Assembly: GCA_951406725.2 (NCBI GenBank)
Contig: OX597818.1
Coordinates: 1,798,001-1,862,000 of the forward strand
Length of the DNA: 64,000 nucleotides
Direction of reading: 5' to 3'
Origin: Octopus vulgaris
Lineage: Eukaryota
This document shows, in pieces, positions 24,700 to 39,515 of the stretch. A program made the position numbers and the translations under genes. The notes under the pieces were generated by a model, which did not search any database, was not told the origin of the DNA, and saw nothing but the letters and a program-made list of their open reading frames with translations. Each line of letters begins with the position of its first letter. The first letter of the stretch is position 1.

Positions 24700-24890
24700 A
24701 CGCAGATCTATACAACACGGAAAGATCTGTCCATGATCAACTTAACTTCAAGCGATTTGTCGTTGAGGGAGTAGGTAAGAAATCTGATTTCTGTTGAGCT
24801 CTGTTCAAGTTGGATCAAATGAAAGCATTCGATGGGGTCGAGCATCGTTACTTGGCAGCTGTTTCTAAGAAAACATGTATTGATTCCATT
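24700..24890 (+). pseudogene. Ancient Tx1/L1 RT fragment
   Basis: Translates as ALFKLDQMKAFDGVEHRYLAAV, matching LDQSKAFDRVDHQYLAAV at ~3010. Confidence 0.7.
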
Positions 24891-26039
24891 TCATCTGATC
24901 TATGATTAAACTAAATGACTACTTGTCTGATTCTGGTATTGATATTTTTTGGGACGTTCATATACCTATCTACAATGGTAATGTGTCAATAACTTTACAG
25001 ATATGGTTGGGTATCAGTTGCGCCAAATACAAATACTGTGATAGTCACATACTTTGTAACTCCTTAGCTTTTTAGCTAGCTTTCTCATCATTATAATCAT
25101 ATAACATTACTGTGTTAATTAAAACATTTTTGTCATGGAAAGTTATATTAGGTTTATGATGGCTTAGATTACTTATTTGTTTAATGTGAAAAAGGCGTGT
25201 TCCACTAGTCCCAGGATCGATAAGCTACCAACAACGTCTACCCAGAATGCTCAGTATAATGTGGCTAAGCATAGCTATACGATGAGGCTGCGGTATATAT
25301 AGAAATAACTGGGCAGGAGAGAATGTATGCTCATATATGTATATTTTATGTAAGGCTAGTTTTCTCGCAGCTAGTTTCTCCGATAGAGCTCCTGTCTTGA
25401 GTTAAGCTAAGACCAAATTTAGGCACCTGACATCAGGAATGTTCTTACGCGCTCAAAGTCTGTATGAGCCGGATAATACGGCTGGCGATGCGCCGATCGT
25501 TGCATTTTTATAGAGGTTTAGTGATGGATATAAGCGACAACTTTCCCACGGAAAGTCTGGAAGTCGACTGGGACGAAGGATAGCCGATTCCACAGAATTT
25601 TTCAGCTTGGTGTAACATCCAGAAAATCTTCACCTGCCAATGCACTAGGGTTACACTGGCAGTTCGAGGGGGAAAAAACCAAAATAAATCTCTATAAGTG
25701 CGATAGGACCATATTTGTCTAAAATGTGCATACAGCGTCGAAATTGCTCTTCGTCCACTCGGTTGGGACACAAGCATTGCTGGCCTGTGGAGCTATTTTA
25801 AACTACTGATGTCGCGTGTAGGATGGATCTAGCTATCGACCGAACTTCCCGAGAACATCATATCTCCACATTCTTTTGGCGTGGAAGGACAGGCAGGTTT
25901 CCTCTGCCTACGGTCACAGTCAACGAGATTGTAAGGTGGACGAAGCTGAAATCACTAACCTTACCTCTTCGGTTTGGTACTTCTCAACTTTCAAGTTCAT
26001 TTTGGAAATACTGGCGGATTTGCTGAATATTATTTTTAT

Positions 26040-26567
26040 TAAGTGAGAGAGCAACGCATGCCATCCAAATTATACTGAGATACAAATATACGAAGCCCAA
26101 TATACCCATCATGACTAACCGTCTGATAAGGGTACATCAGGCACATGCATCACAACTATATGTGAGCGATGTGGTGATCCCATATCAAGATGAACAGCGC
26201 TTGACTTTGCAAGTGGGGACCAGTTAGAATTTTCTTTAGGTCGAGTAGCCCATCCCGCTCAAAAGGTCCCTGGATAAGGGTTGTTTATCCTCACCACTAC
26301 TCCTGCTAGTGAGCAGAGATGCACGTATCGTCAGACCACTAAGGTTTACGATCAAGTAACTGACACACAAATCTGAGGTATTGAGCATATATTTGTTGTA
26401 GCTCATCTTTTACACCAAGATAATAACAGTTTCAATCAGTACAGATCAGAAGCCATTAGAGCCACTGCCTTGTACTACACAAAGGCAATTATTACCATTA
26501 TTATTGTTGTTGTTGTTGTTATCATCATCATCATCATCATCATCATCATAATCATCATCATCATTAC

Positions 26568-26642
<75 letters not shown>

Positions 26643-27375
26643 AAGGCGGCTAGCTGATAGAATAGTTAGCAGGCTGGGCAAAATGCTTGACGGTATTTCG
26701 TCTGTCTTCACGTTCTGATTTCAATTTCCGCTGAGGTCGGCTTTACCTTTCATCCTTGCTGGGTCAATAAAATAAGTACTAGTTGAAAACTAGGGTCGAT
26801 ATGATCAACTTACCCCCTACCCCTGAATTTGCTGGCATTATGTCAAAATTTGAAATCATCATTATTATTATTATTGAATGAGAGGGCATTGCATGCCATC
26901 AAAGTGACACTGGAGAACAATTATACGAAGTATAGTATACCCGTCATGACTACCCATTTAATAAAGATACACATGCATCACAACCACATGCGAGTGACAT
27001 AGTGAGCTGATTAAGATAAACAGCGCATAGCCTTGCAGATGGGGACCAATTAGAATTTTCTTCAGGTCGAGTAGACCACCCCGCTCTGAAAAAAACAGCT
27101 ATGTTTCCAGAGGTGAATTATTCAAACCTCAGGGAATTCCTCTCAACACATGGCTATGATGCTCCCCCACTACTTCTCCTCGTGATCAGAGATGCACATA
27201 TCGTTAGCCACCAAAAGACATGCTCAAGACATGTTATTAAATAGAATATTTTCTGTAGCCCATCTGTTATACCAAGACAAAACATGTACATAATAACACT
27301 CCAATCAATTAAGATCAGAAGCCATGATAGCCAGAATCTAAGAGAGCCAGTGACTAGGTACTGCATCAGGGCATT
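26040..27375 (-). mobile_element. Two diverged copies (~26040-26490, ~26875-27375) of a LINE 3' end with (TAA)n-like tails
   Basis: Shared gcatgccatc...atacgaag...catgacta...ttagaattttc...ggtcgagtag blocks next to ATT tracts. Confidence 0.55.
26644..26857 (+). mobile_element. tRNA-derived SINE, monomer
   Basis: ggcggctagctg...gtatttcgtct...ctttaccttt family motifs. Confidence 0.75.
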
Positions 27376-27410
27376 TGTTGTTGGTGTTGTTGTAGTTATT
27401 ATTATTATTA

Positions 27411-27799
27411 TTTCACGCTTTGCATTTGTACAAGTTGGCTCCAAGTCTCACCCAGAGACCTAAAGAGACAAGTTAGAAGTTCATGTTGGTGTTAAGCCTA
27501 GGGTGCCATATATTTGGTTTTGTACATAGTGTTGTTGTAGAGGATGTTTTAAAAACCATAAAAAAATCATGTGTTTGTTTTAAAATTTGAGATTACATAG
27601 ACAGTATTTTACGTAGGATATGGGCAGTTCCCATGAGCACTATCTTTTGAATTTCTTCTATTTTGGAATTTCCTGGTATCTGGGCTAGGTAGCAACCAAC
27701 CCTTGTGCTATCATTCCTAGGGTACCTATGACAACAGATATTGTTTTAGTCTTCAGGTTCCACATTTTGCTAATTTCTATTATTATTATTATTATTATT

Positions 27800-27851
<52 letters not shown>

Positions 27852-27852
27852 A

Positions 27853-27894
<42 letters not shown>

Positions 27895-30800
27895 TATTAT
27901 TATTATTATTATCATTATTATTATTATCATTATTATTATTATTATTATTATTATATGTTTGACTTTTGCTGGTATCTGAGTTAGGTAGCAATCAGCCCCT
28001 TTTGCTATCATTCCCAGGGCACTTATGACAACAGGTATTGTTTTAGTCTTCAGGTTCCACTTTTTGCTGATTTCTATTTCCAGATCTTCATATTTGCTCA
28101 ATTTTTGGTAGGTTTTGACAGATACGTTTATATCAATTGGGACCAGTCATATCAATGAGGAGGCATGATTTTTATCTGAAGTCTTTCAATATGATGTCTG
28201 GCCTATTTGCATCTATCTTTCTGTCAGTTTGAATGGTGAAGTTCCAGAGGAGTTAGATGTGGTCATTTTCAAGCACTGGAGGTGGTTTGTGTTCCCACCA
28301 GTTTTTTCATGGGGCAACTCAAGGATTTTGCAAATTACCCAGTGAATATATTGTGCAACTCTATCATAACTGTTGAGATACTCTGTAGGCGCAAGAAGAC
28401 TGCACTTAGAGACAATATGATCAATGGTTTCATTTTGTTGTTGACATACATTATATGTTGGGCTACTGCCGTTCTTTAATATGTTGGCCTGGTAGTTCCT
28501 TGTAGGTATGCATTGATCTTGAGCTGCTATGATAAACCCTTCTGTTTCAGATGTTAAGCCAGAGGCCATTATCCATTGATGGGTCAGGGCTTTGTCAACA
28601 TCTGCATTATTCGCTCTCTTTTGGTATTTGCCATAGAGAGGTTTTTCTTGCCATTTATCAATCAGAATATCTCAGGCAGCAGTTTTAGCACGGGTTTTCA
28701 TGCGCTTAGCTTTTTCTGCGCTTGTTTCTTGTACGTCTAATTCCGGAATTTGTTGTATTTGCAATTCACTTAGATATTCCTTTGCCTGTTTTGTTACTGA
28801 GTATGATGCTTTCTTGATTTCATGTTTTGAGACAAGTTTTAACATCCAGTCCTCAGAGTTTTTCAAATAGGTGTCTAGGCCAATTGTGGCAATCTTCATT
28901 GTTAATGCTAGTTGTAAAAGTCCACGGTCTCCCTCTTTTCTTGGCAGATAAAGTCGTTCTATGTCTGCCTTAGGGTGGTGCATTCTATGCATTGTCAACA
29001 GTTTTCGTATTTTTCCGTCAAGATTACATATTTCAGTAATTGACCAGTTAATGATATTGAAACTGTAAGTCACGACTGGTATGGCTAATGCATTGATCGC
29101 TTCGATCTTATTTCTCGCAATCAGCTCTGTCCTGAGTATTGCTCTTACTCTGCGATAACATTCTCTCCTGATCCTTTCCTTCATCACTGAGTGCCTTATT
29201 CCGTCCCCTTCAATTACCCCTAGGTACTTGTAGCTCTCCGCAGGGTCTAACTCTTTTATGACATTCTGCTGGTCAAGGCTAACGTTAGATGTTTCTGTTA
29301 TTTTTCCTTTGATAAAGGTAACTTTTGCACATTTATCGAGGCCAAATTGCATTCTGATGTCCTCACTGAATTGTTTAACAATCGCTAGTAAGCCCTTAAG
29401 TTGTTGGTCATTTTTTGCAAAGAGCTTAAATCATCCATGTAAATGAGATGATTTATATTTTTATCAAACATTTTATATCCGTACTGTGCGTCATTGAGCA
29501 ATTTTGAGAGAGGTATTAAGGCTAGACAAAAGAGGAGTGGTGATAGTGAGTCACCCTGGAAAATGCCACTTGAAATTTTTACATCACCAGCATTTTGAGA
29601 TTCATCGTCACTGCTCAAAGTTAGTGTGGTTCTCCATGATCTCATACTTACAGACAAAAAGTTTCGCAGAGTAGGCGCTATTTTATACATTTCCAGGCAT
29701 TTCTTAATCCAGCTATGTGGTAGGCTATCAAAGCCTTTTTATAGTCTATCCAGGCTATTGACAAGTTCTTGTGTCGTTTGTGACAATCTTCTAAGATCAT
29801 CTTATTAATGAGTAGCTGATCTTTACAACCATAGAATCCACGTTTACATCCTTTTTGCTCATTAGGGAATATGCTGTTTTCTATTAAAAAACTATAGGTA
29901 TATTCAGTCAGGACAAATGTTAGCGTTTTATATATAGTTGTTAAGCAGTTTATGGGTCTATAAGTTTTTGGTTCATTTGTTTCTTCACTTTTTGGAAGCA
30001 GGAATATACCATTGACTAGCCAAGAAGGCATCCTACTAGGGTGTTGCAAAACATCGTTGTAAAGTTCTGTTAGCAGTTCATGGCTCTCTGGGAAGGCATT
30101 CAACCAGAAGTTAGGAATTTTATCCTTTCCTTGAGACTTCCATTTGCTTGACCTCCTGAGAGCAGATCTTATATCTTCTACCTTGACACCCTCCCACTTT
30201 TGCTCCTCTACGGATTCCAAGTCTAGATATTCTACAAATCCAAGGTGCCTTTTTCGTTGTGTGTTTTTTCTTCTGCCCAAATTTTATTTCAAAATCTCTG
30301 CACTTTTTCTTTTGATGGTACAGACTCCACAGTAACTGGTGTTTTTCCCTATCTTCCTGTAAAACTTTTGGGGGTTATTTTTGAACATGTTGTTGTCCTT
30401 GAAGAATCTAACATGCTTTTCAAACCTCGCTATGCGGGCAGCTTTAGCAGATACCTTTTGCTTGATGGTTTCTATGGTGGCATCAATATCAAGTATAGTT
30501 TTATTTTATATTTTTTCTGTAATCTTTGGGTTTTTGTAGGTTTGGTAGTCTTGTCAACCTTAAGGTTTTTCAAACTTTCAATGTCAGACCTAAGTAGTTT
30601 AATTTGTTCTTGAATACGCTCTTGCCAAGAAGGCTTTTTGTGGGAATGTTGCCGTTTTCTAATCTTTTCACCACATAGAATCGTTGAGATTTTCGCGGAT
30701 GCATGATACAGGTGGTTGAGATCTGTGATATCCACATCATTAGCTGAAATTATATCCTTAAGTGTAAGGCGGATTTTACCAATTATTTTCAGGTTTTGGT

Positions 30801-32278
30801 TAGAATTGCGGATTTTAGGGAGTGTATCGCCTTCATCCATACTGGTTTCTTTAATTTTCAGCCATTCAGTCATGATTTGATTTTTTTAGCTCATGTAGTT
30901 CTGTTGGGTCAATATTTGTGTGACTTTCTTCATCTATTTGATGTTCATTTGTCTTAGTGTTTATGCTTAGTTCAGGGAGTATTTCACTTTGCCTATCAAT
31001 TTTACTATCTCTTTCAATACTTACTGCGTTTTTATCAGCCCTGGGCTAGTCTATAATTATTTCCTCTGTATTATCTTCTGTAGCTGCAGCTTCGTTCTTT
31101 TTATCCTTTACTGCTTGTTTAATTTGGTCAGTCTCTACTTCAGTCAGTAATTTTTTTCATAATGTTTCTTCTGACGTTGGCAAGTTTGTTACTGTCTATG
31201 TAGGGTCTTACTTCAGGGTGTTTCTGTCTCTAGTTTAAGTAGGTTTGTACAGTATTAGATTTATCTGTGGGGAAATATATGGCATGGTAGAAGGCCGTAA
31301 GAACTTCTTTACTATCTCCCCTAGACCATTTGCATTCTTTTTCTTTTGGTTATTTGATGACGGGCATGGATGGCCATCTGTTGGAATATTCCTGTTGTGG
31401 GGTACGTCCCGCTCCTGAGTGTCGGAAAGATTTGAATCAGTAGCTGATTTTTCAATCAGAATTTGGTTCAATATTCGGGTATGTGGTCTTTTGTAATCCG
31501 ATCGATGACCATTGCGATTTGTAATTTGCTTTGTTAACAGTGTGGCATGACGAGCTTCGACGCTTACATTAGGAGACGAATCTGTCAGTTTAGGGTTAAT
31601 TTTTTGCGACAACACCGTCTCCGTGTTCTCTGCATGTAAACATTGTTCGTAGTGTAGCTTCTTAAGGCTAGCAGATCTGTATTCGTCTGTATTTTTTTGT
31701 TGATAGATTTATCTCCGAACATAGTTTTTTTGTGGTGTTTTTTAAACTTATGAAAAGTTCACTCTGTCTGTGTTAGTTCGAAAAAATGAAAATAAAATAA
31801 GAAGAAAAAAAGCAAGTTTTTATTTTGTTTTTGCTTGGTTTGTAACACGTGCTTTCATGTGCCTGAGTGTGTGTCCTGTAAATTTCACGTAGTTGTGTAA
31901 AACTTTGGGATGTATGTAAAGTCTTATGGGTATCAAAATGTATATATGATTGTGTAGACATTCGAGTGTATGCGTAATTACTCAATTTATGTACTCACTA
32001 TTTTGGTCCGTTTTTGGTCCTTATAATTTGTAAACTTTCCGATGTTGATATCGCGTGTGTGTTTCGCACATGTTTCATTGAAACACCGTTCGTAGGAGAA
32101 ACTGTACTTTGTATGGCAGTAAAATTCCGTTTTTTTCTTAGTATCTTCCTTAAAAGGCCACTTCCTTCAAGTTTTCCTCAGGTTCCTTTATCTAATTCCA
32201 TCCATGTTATTGGATTAGATTTGTTTTTGAATGGAGAGCCAGGTTTAGTACATCCATGTCGTTATTCAGTATGGGCCC

Positions 32279-32280
<2 letters not shown>
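27411..32280 (-). mobile_element. R4/Dong-like non-LTR retrotransposon (RT plus restriction-like endonuclease), near full length, decayed
   Basis: RT motifs (GKDKIPNFWL, YRPINCL, GIFQGDSLSP, YMDD, FGLDKC), CCHC remnant (ETIDHIVSKC), RLE tail (KYEDL..IPVV..ALG); flanked by (TAA)n. Confidence 0.88.
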
Positions 32281-32344
<64 letters not shown>

Positions 32345-32345
<1 letters not shown>

Positions 32346-33258
32346 AGCGTTTTTCAATTCTGTTCCCATCTCTTGCCGAGTGTCTTCCTGACACCTAGGG
32401 CAGAGAACCGTACTTTATATATTGGTAGGATATTAAAATAAACAAAAATTACAAAATCAAAGAGTAGATAATAAATGCTCTTCTCAGTACATGTGACATA
32501 CCAGTTAAAACGATCTTTTGAACATCTTGCGTGGATTGTAAGCCAGGGATCATTCTTATATAATTTTCAGTTCCTTTCAATAATCGATTTCGATTAGCCA
32601 ATCTTTATATTTTCTGAGTTTATCAAATTCTTTTGCTGATATATTATGGTCACAGGGTATACTCATGTCAATCCATAAACAGACTTTACTGTTTTGGTGT
32701 TTCACAGCAATATCTGGTTTATTTACTTTGATGGTCCAGTCTGTACATACTGGGAGGTCCCAAAGTTACCTGACACATAGCTTCCAGTGTATGTAGGTCC
32801 CAACTCTGTCGTGTCTGTGAATATATTCCTTCTTAGCCAGGAATAATTATTCCTTCTTAGCCAGCGATAATATGATTTATTGTTTCTTGTCCATCTCCAC
32901 ATATTCTGCAGTTATTTGTTATATTTCTTTTCATTATATGTTTTTGGTAATTTCTGCTGGAGAGGCTTTGGTCTTGTGCTGCAATTAAAAATGCTTCAGT
33001 CTCTGCTTTGAGTCCTGAGCTTCTCAACCATCGCTGGGATTTTTTTCTGTCTATTTCTTTTAGGTTTATTTTAGCCCAATATTTGCCATGAATGGGCTCT
33101 TCTTGCCATCGTTTTATCAAGGTCTGTTGCTGTTCTAGTTTTAGTTTAGATTTCATTTGTTTTATAGCTTTTGTTGTTTCATCTTTTTCATATTTGTTAG
33201 GTAGTATGACTTTTTGTTTGTATTTGTCAGCTTCCTTAAATACTGAAAACAGTTTTTG
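32345..33258 (-). mobile_element. R4/Dong-like 3' fragment
   Basis: HGKY...AAQDQ...CRICGDGQETINHI; (TAA)n flanks. Confidence 0.82.
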
Positions 33259-33288
33259 TTATTATTATTATTATTGTTGTTGTTGTTG

Positions 33289-33351
<63 letters not shown>

Positions 33352-33356
33352 TTAAA

Positions 33357-33568
33357 GTGGTGGGCTGTCAGAATCGTTAGCGCAATGGACGAAGTGCTTA
33401 GTGGCATTTCGACCGTCGCAACGTTCTGAGTTCAAATTCTGCCGAGTTCGACTTTTGCTTTTCATCTTTTCGGGGTTGATAGATTAAGTACCAATGACAC
33501 GCTGAGACCGATGTAATCGACTAGTCCCCTTCCCCTAAATTTCAGGCCTTGTGCCTTTAGAAGAAAGT
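33357..33568 (+). mobile_element. tRNA-derived SINE, monomer
   Basis: cagaatcgttagc...gagttcaaattc family motifs. Confidence 0.75.
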
Positions 33569-34021
33569 ATTAACTTTTAGGTACCCTTCAATAACAGATT
33601 GGAAGTTTTTCTCAACTGAGAGTGTTAGAATAACGTAGACTTGTCAAATAAGCTAGGGAATAATATTTGTTATCGCCTTTTCTCACATGGACACACATGT
33701 GTAGAGACAGAAATACGACAGACATACACATAAATGTGCGCACTCACACACACACATGCATATGCACACATATTAATATTTGTTTTTAAGTCAAATCATA
33801 TATAAAATCAATTTAACATTAAACTGAAGGGGTTATTCAGTCCATTTTAGTAGTGTTTACTAAACTTTTACAAGCAAATGAATGAGAGTGGGCTCGAAGT
33901 TTCGATTTGCTTGCCTTCGTGAAACTGTCTGACAAAGGCAAGCATGAAGTCAACTTCTTATCAACTTCTACAATAAAAGTTCAATGTATGTGTGCGTGTA
34001 TGTGCGTGCGCATACACACAC

Positions 34022-34099
<78 letters not shown>

Positions 34100-34439
34100 T
34101 CGCATATATACACGCGTGCTCACACATACACACACGCGCATATCGAGTGACAAGGTTAAGCATGATTCAAATAAAGAACTCAATACAAGAATCATATATA
34201 ATTCATAATGTTTATTTTTATGTTTTACAAACTGTTTCACCTACACAACTCCATTTGAGAATATAAGTAGAAATACTAACAGGCACTACGATATCCATTG
34301 TTTGTAGTGGGTTGATGTTACCAGAGATCAGAACAAACAGAAATAAACAAAAGCAAAAGAATGTTATATATATACATATACATATATATATATACATACG
34401 TATAAATATTAGTTTATACGTGCGTGCGTGGGTGCATGC

Positions 34440-34549
<110 letters not shown>

Positions 34550-35105
34550 CTGTGTGACTGTGTCTGTATGTATTTGTGTTTGTTATGACATCAAAATAAG
34601 TTGGAGTTCTGAAATAGGATACTAGAAAGTAAAGTAATAATTAGACAAAAGCTAAAGAGAGAAGAAATAATGACATTAAATTCATCAACAATGATATGTT
34701 TTTATTAGAACAATGTCAATATTTTGATTGTTGAAATGCATGACAAGCAACAAATCTGTGGTTTGTTCTCAGAAATAGATGAGTTTTATGAACAGTTTAC
34801 AAGTGATAGAAATATAATGTAGCAGTTTCTTCAGTAAGTTAACTGCATCATGTGAAATGACAGAAGTAAATGGCTCTTCTGTAAATCGGAACATGACATT
34901 TAGGAGAGGGAACCCTCTTCCTTCTCTGATTATACTCTCTAACCTACATTTTTCTATCGATTTTGTGTAAATCCTCACATTTTATGTATCCCGTCATTGT
35001 AGTGTCTCTTTCTTTTCCCGACCCAGTAGCAAACAAAAGAAATTCTTCTTCTTCTTCTTCTTCTTCTTCTTCTTCTTCTTCTTCTTCTTCTTCTTCTTCT
35101 TCTTC

Positions 35106-35154
<49 letters not shown>

Positions 35155-36420
35155 CAGTAGTTTTATTTTTATAGCGTGCTTTCACTTCCCTACCGAGCGC
35201 AGCTCTGTGTGCCTTGGATATGTGCTGTGATTTGTTGTGAAGCTCTGATGGTTACTGTATTGAAAGTGTTCTGCGTAGGATGTATGCAGTGCCTAGTAGT
35301 GCAATTTTCTGTATGTTATATGTGTTTATAAGTCCTGGTGTTTTTGTTATGTATTTGTCTGAATATTTTTTTTTATCATGCCTAATGCACCTACTATGAT
35401 AGGAATTGTTTCCGTTTTTAGATTCCACATTCTAGTTACTTCCATTTCCAGGTCTTTGTATTTTGAAAGTTTCTCCATTTCTTTTAGAGAAACGTTGTCA
35501 TCTGCTGGTATTGATGCATCAATTATAAAGCGTTTTTTTCCTCATGATCTCTGACAACTATATCTGGTCTGTTGGCCTTAATTTCTCTATCTGTGTGTAT
35601 TGGCATATCCCAGAGTATGGTTGCTTTCTCGTTTTCTGTGATCTTTTCTGGTGTGTACGTATGCCATCTTTTTTCTGTTGTTATTCCATAATGTTGGCAT
35701 ATCTTCCAGTGTATGTAGGTCCCAACTCTGTCGTGTCTGTGAATATATTCCTTCTTAGCCAGGACTGGGCAGCCAGAGATAATATGATTTATTGTTTCTT
35801 GTCCATCTCCACATATTCTGCAGTTACTTGTTATATTTCTTTTCATTATATGTTTTTGGTAATTTCTGCTGGAGAGGCTTTGGTCTTGTGCTGCAATTAA
35901 AAATCCTTCAGTCTCTGCTTTGAGTCCTAAGCTTCTCAACCATCGCTGGGATTTTTTTTCTGTCTATTTCTTTTAGGTTTATTTTAGGCCAGTATTTGCT
36001 ATGAAGGGGCTTTTCTTGCCATCGTTTTATCATGGTCCGTTGCTGTTCTAGTTTTAGTTTGGATTTCATTTGCTTTATAGCTTTTGTTGTGTCTTCTTCT
36101 TCTTCTTCTTCTTCTTCTTCTTCTTCTTCTTCTTCTTCTTCTTCTTCTTCTTCTTCTTCTTCTTCTTCTTCTTCTTCTTCTTCTTCATATTTGCTAGGCG
36201 GTATGATTTGTTTTTTGTATTTGTCAGCTTCCTTAAATACTGAGAACAATTTTTTTGTTTTGAGAACAATTTTTACTGAGAACAATTTTTTGTTTTGCTC
36301 GTGTTTTGCCGCTATTTGTATCAGTTGTCCTTGCTTCTGAAGTAGGTATTTTTGCAGTCCTATGGTGGTTATTTTATAATAGTTTTCCAGCTTTATAAGG
36401 CCTCTACCACCTTCTATACG
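35155..36420 (-). mobile_element. R4/Dong-like 5'-truncated copy with an internal (GAA)n expansion
   Basis: CRICG..ETINHIISGC..RHDRVG..ANRPDIV; 3' end in (TAA)n. Confidence 0.88.
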
Positions 36421-36426
36421 TTGTTA

Positions 36427-36458
<32 letters not shown>

Positions 36459-36465
36459 GTTATTA

Positions 36466-36524
<59 letters not shown>

Positions 36525-36530
36525 CATCAT

Positions 36531-37110
36531 TCAGTAGTTTTTTTTATATCGTGCTTTCACTTCACTACCGAGCGCAGCTCTGTGTGCCTTGGGTATGTAC
36601 TGTGATTTGTTGTGATGCTCTGAATGTTACTGTAGTGAAAATGTTTTGCGTAGGACGTGTGCAGTGCCCAGTAGTGCAATTTTCTGTATGTTATTTGTGT
36701 TTGTAAGTCCTGGTGTTTTTGTTATGTATTTGTCTAAATGTTTTTTTATCATGCCTAATGCACCTACTATGATAGGAATTGTTTCTGTTTTTAGATTCCG
36801 CATTCGAGTTACCTCTATTTCTAGGTCTTTGTATTTTGAAAGTTTCTCCATTTCTTTTAGAGAAACGTTGTCATTTGCTGGTATTTATATATCAATTAGA
36901 AAGCATTTTTTCCTCATGATCTCTGACAACTATATCTGGCCTATTGGCCTTCATTTCTCTATCTGTGTGTATTGGCATATCCCAGAGTATGGTTGCTTTC
37001 TCGTTTTCTGTGATCTTTTCTGGTGTGTACGTATGCCATCTTTTTTCTGTTGTTATTCCATAATGTTGGCATATCTTCCAGTGTATGTAGGTCCCAACTC
37101 TGTCGTGTCT
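36531..37110 (-). mobile_element. R4/Dong-like 5'-truncated copy
   Basis: RHDRVG..NRPDI..KLSKYKDL..IPIIVGALG; same 3' end as the 35155 copy. Confidence 0.88.
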
Positions 37111-38256
37111 GGAAGTGTCAGCGTGATAGGTAACCCCACCTCCCATTAGGATCGGATGCTTATAGTATTATTCCTATTCTTATGGGTGAACTAAGGTAAT
37201 GTTCTATAAAATATTTTGCTCAGAAATACGAGGAAACACCATCTGCAGATTTGAAACATGATTAGATAGTTAACTACCTCATTCCTTCGGCCAACTTACC
37301 TCTAGTATTTGCAAAAAAAAAAAGAAAAAAGAAAAGAAAAAATAGCTTTCTATAAAGACCGGCTGATTCTGTCACAGCACCACCTGCAGTTTACCCGCCA
37401 CTTCACCACCACTCTGGACCCCACTCCACCATATTGTTACACCAGGTATCAATAATAATAACGTTTGTAGTATTTATGTGGTTCCTCGATTCACTGGTAA
37501 TAATAACTTAAACTCGTTCAAACCACAACGTGCCGTTTTAGAAAAGATGATATTGGAAAACGTAATCCAAAAGACAGGATAGACATAGTTGGAACGCTTT
37601 TAGTCATGGGTATGCTCTCTCACTGTTCATCTGGGGTAGCGTGAACGAAAGTATGAACGATATGAAAAAAAAAACAGAAATAAGAGGTAACAACATCTTT
37701 TGTTCCCTTTTCTTTCTAATAATTGCGAGCACTCGATATTCTGACCCCGTCATAATTCCCAACTTGACCTTTACGTCAACGACCATTAAAGTTGACATCA
37801 TGTCTCCCTACTCCTGCATATTCACCCTGACATTGACCTCGCATCGATTTCAACTCTGATTTTAGCTAGCATCAAGTCTAATTTTCTTCAATAGGTTCTA
37901 CCATAAATGCTCTTTTAAAAACAATTCGTATTTAGATTTTACGGATTACATCGACCCCACTCTTATACCCATCTGGGAGACATAAAAGACAAAACATGCA
38001 AAAGCCGGATTTGAAACTTTTCCTATTCTTATTGAAATGCAAGAGGCTCGTATTTCCTACTGTTACTGATTAATTATCCTTGGTGTAATAAAATATAATA
38101 CTGTTTAGTATTCTTCGGAAAGCTCACCGCCGCTAACGTTTATGAAATTCCAGCAAATCTTTACATTGCAACGTCTGTACACCATATTAGTTTCAAATTT
38201 TGGCTCCAAGTCAGCAATTTCGGGCAAGATGGTAAGTTGATTACATCGACCTCAGT

Positions 38257-38616
38257 TAGCACACCGGGCGAAATGTTTAGCGGGCGAAATGTTTAGCGGT
38301 ATTTCGTCTGCCGCTACGTTCTGAGTTCAAATTCCGCCGAGGTCGACTTTGCCTTTCATCCTTTCGGGATCGATAAATTAAATACCAGTTACGCACTGGG
38401 GTCGATGTAATCGATTTAATACCTATGTCTGTCCTTGTTTGTCCCCTCTGTGTTTAGCCCCTTGTGGGTAGTAAACAAATAGGTATTTATTTTAACGACC
38501 TCGAAAGGATAAAAGGCAAAGTTGATCCCGGCGGCATTTGAACTCAAAGCGTAAAACCCGAAGAAATGCCGATAAGCAATTTTTCCAGCACGGTAACGAT
38601 CTCCAGCTCGTCGCCT
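38257..38616. mobile_element. Two tRNA-derived SINE pieces, tail to tail (+ 38257-38488, - 38495-38616)
   Basis: Family motifs on opposite strands. Confidence 0.75.
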
Positions 38617-38765
38617 TAATGTTTGTTCACAATGTATTGCAAATATGTTGACAATAGAAAAACTGTCTTCCCCGCAAACCATCCGTTTCAACTTCATTTT
38701 TAATGCTGATGTGTTATGTATCTCGTATGTTTTCATATAAAGCTAATCATGGAAATATTATAGTA

Positions 38766-39446
38766 ACTGCTGTGGCCTCTGCTACTCGGACCAGCCTTTC
38801 ACACAAACACACCAGATTCATTCAAACTTCCTACCCTCGATACCCATATTGTGTTCCCCGCACTAAACCCTTTCTTTAGTTATTCCCCACCTCTGACCGT
38901 TTATCCAGGACTTCTTCAAAAGAAACATCAACCTACATATCGATTTTGTTGCGCTTCTGGGATCTCTGAAAGCCAAGGGTACAGCACATAAATCTACTAA
39001 AAATGTCAATTATTTGGTATTTTGTACCTATTTGGCCCTGACTGACCTGATCTCTTATTTCTGACTGAACTGATCTTTAATCAAAGGTGCTCCAAGATCG
39101 AACCTTAAAGATTGCAGTGCACTATACCAGCTCGTCCGACTACTTTACTATGTAATGAGACGAAAGATGATGCCACTCTCACCTCTCATTACGGTGTTTC
39201 CGTGGAAGTTTCCCTTTGTTCTGAGTATCATATGTCACGTGTTTATCTTGTAGGTTTCAATTATTTGTATAACTCTATTACTGTTCTCGATGTATGTTGT
39301 TTAACTGTAAATAAAGAAAACAACTCTCAACCGTCCTGGAGAAAAATACTCATAACTCAGAATTTATGAATTTTTGCGTTACATCATTTAGCATTTCAAG
39401 TGGCAGTCCCATATTCTGAAGGTTTCTAATGAATACAATTACTTAT

Positions 39447-39515
<69 letters not shown>

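Noticed and set aside
25400-26030. Possible coding fragment of moderate GC content
   Set aside because: No recognisable motif; probably an old LINE remnant but not supportable
31770-32280. Possible extra nuclease domain or ribozyme at the 5' end of the R4/Dong-like element
   Set aside because: Manual translation and folding gave no convincing motif
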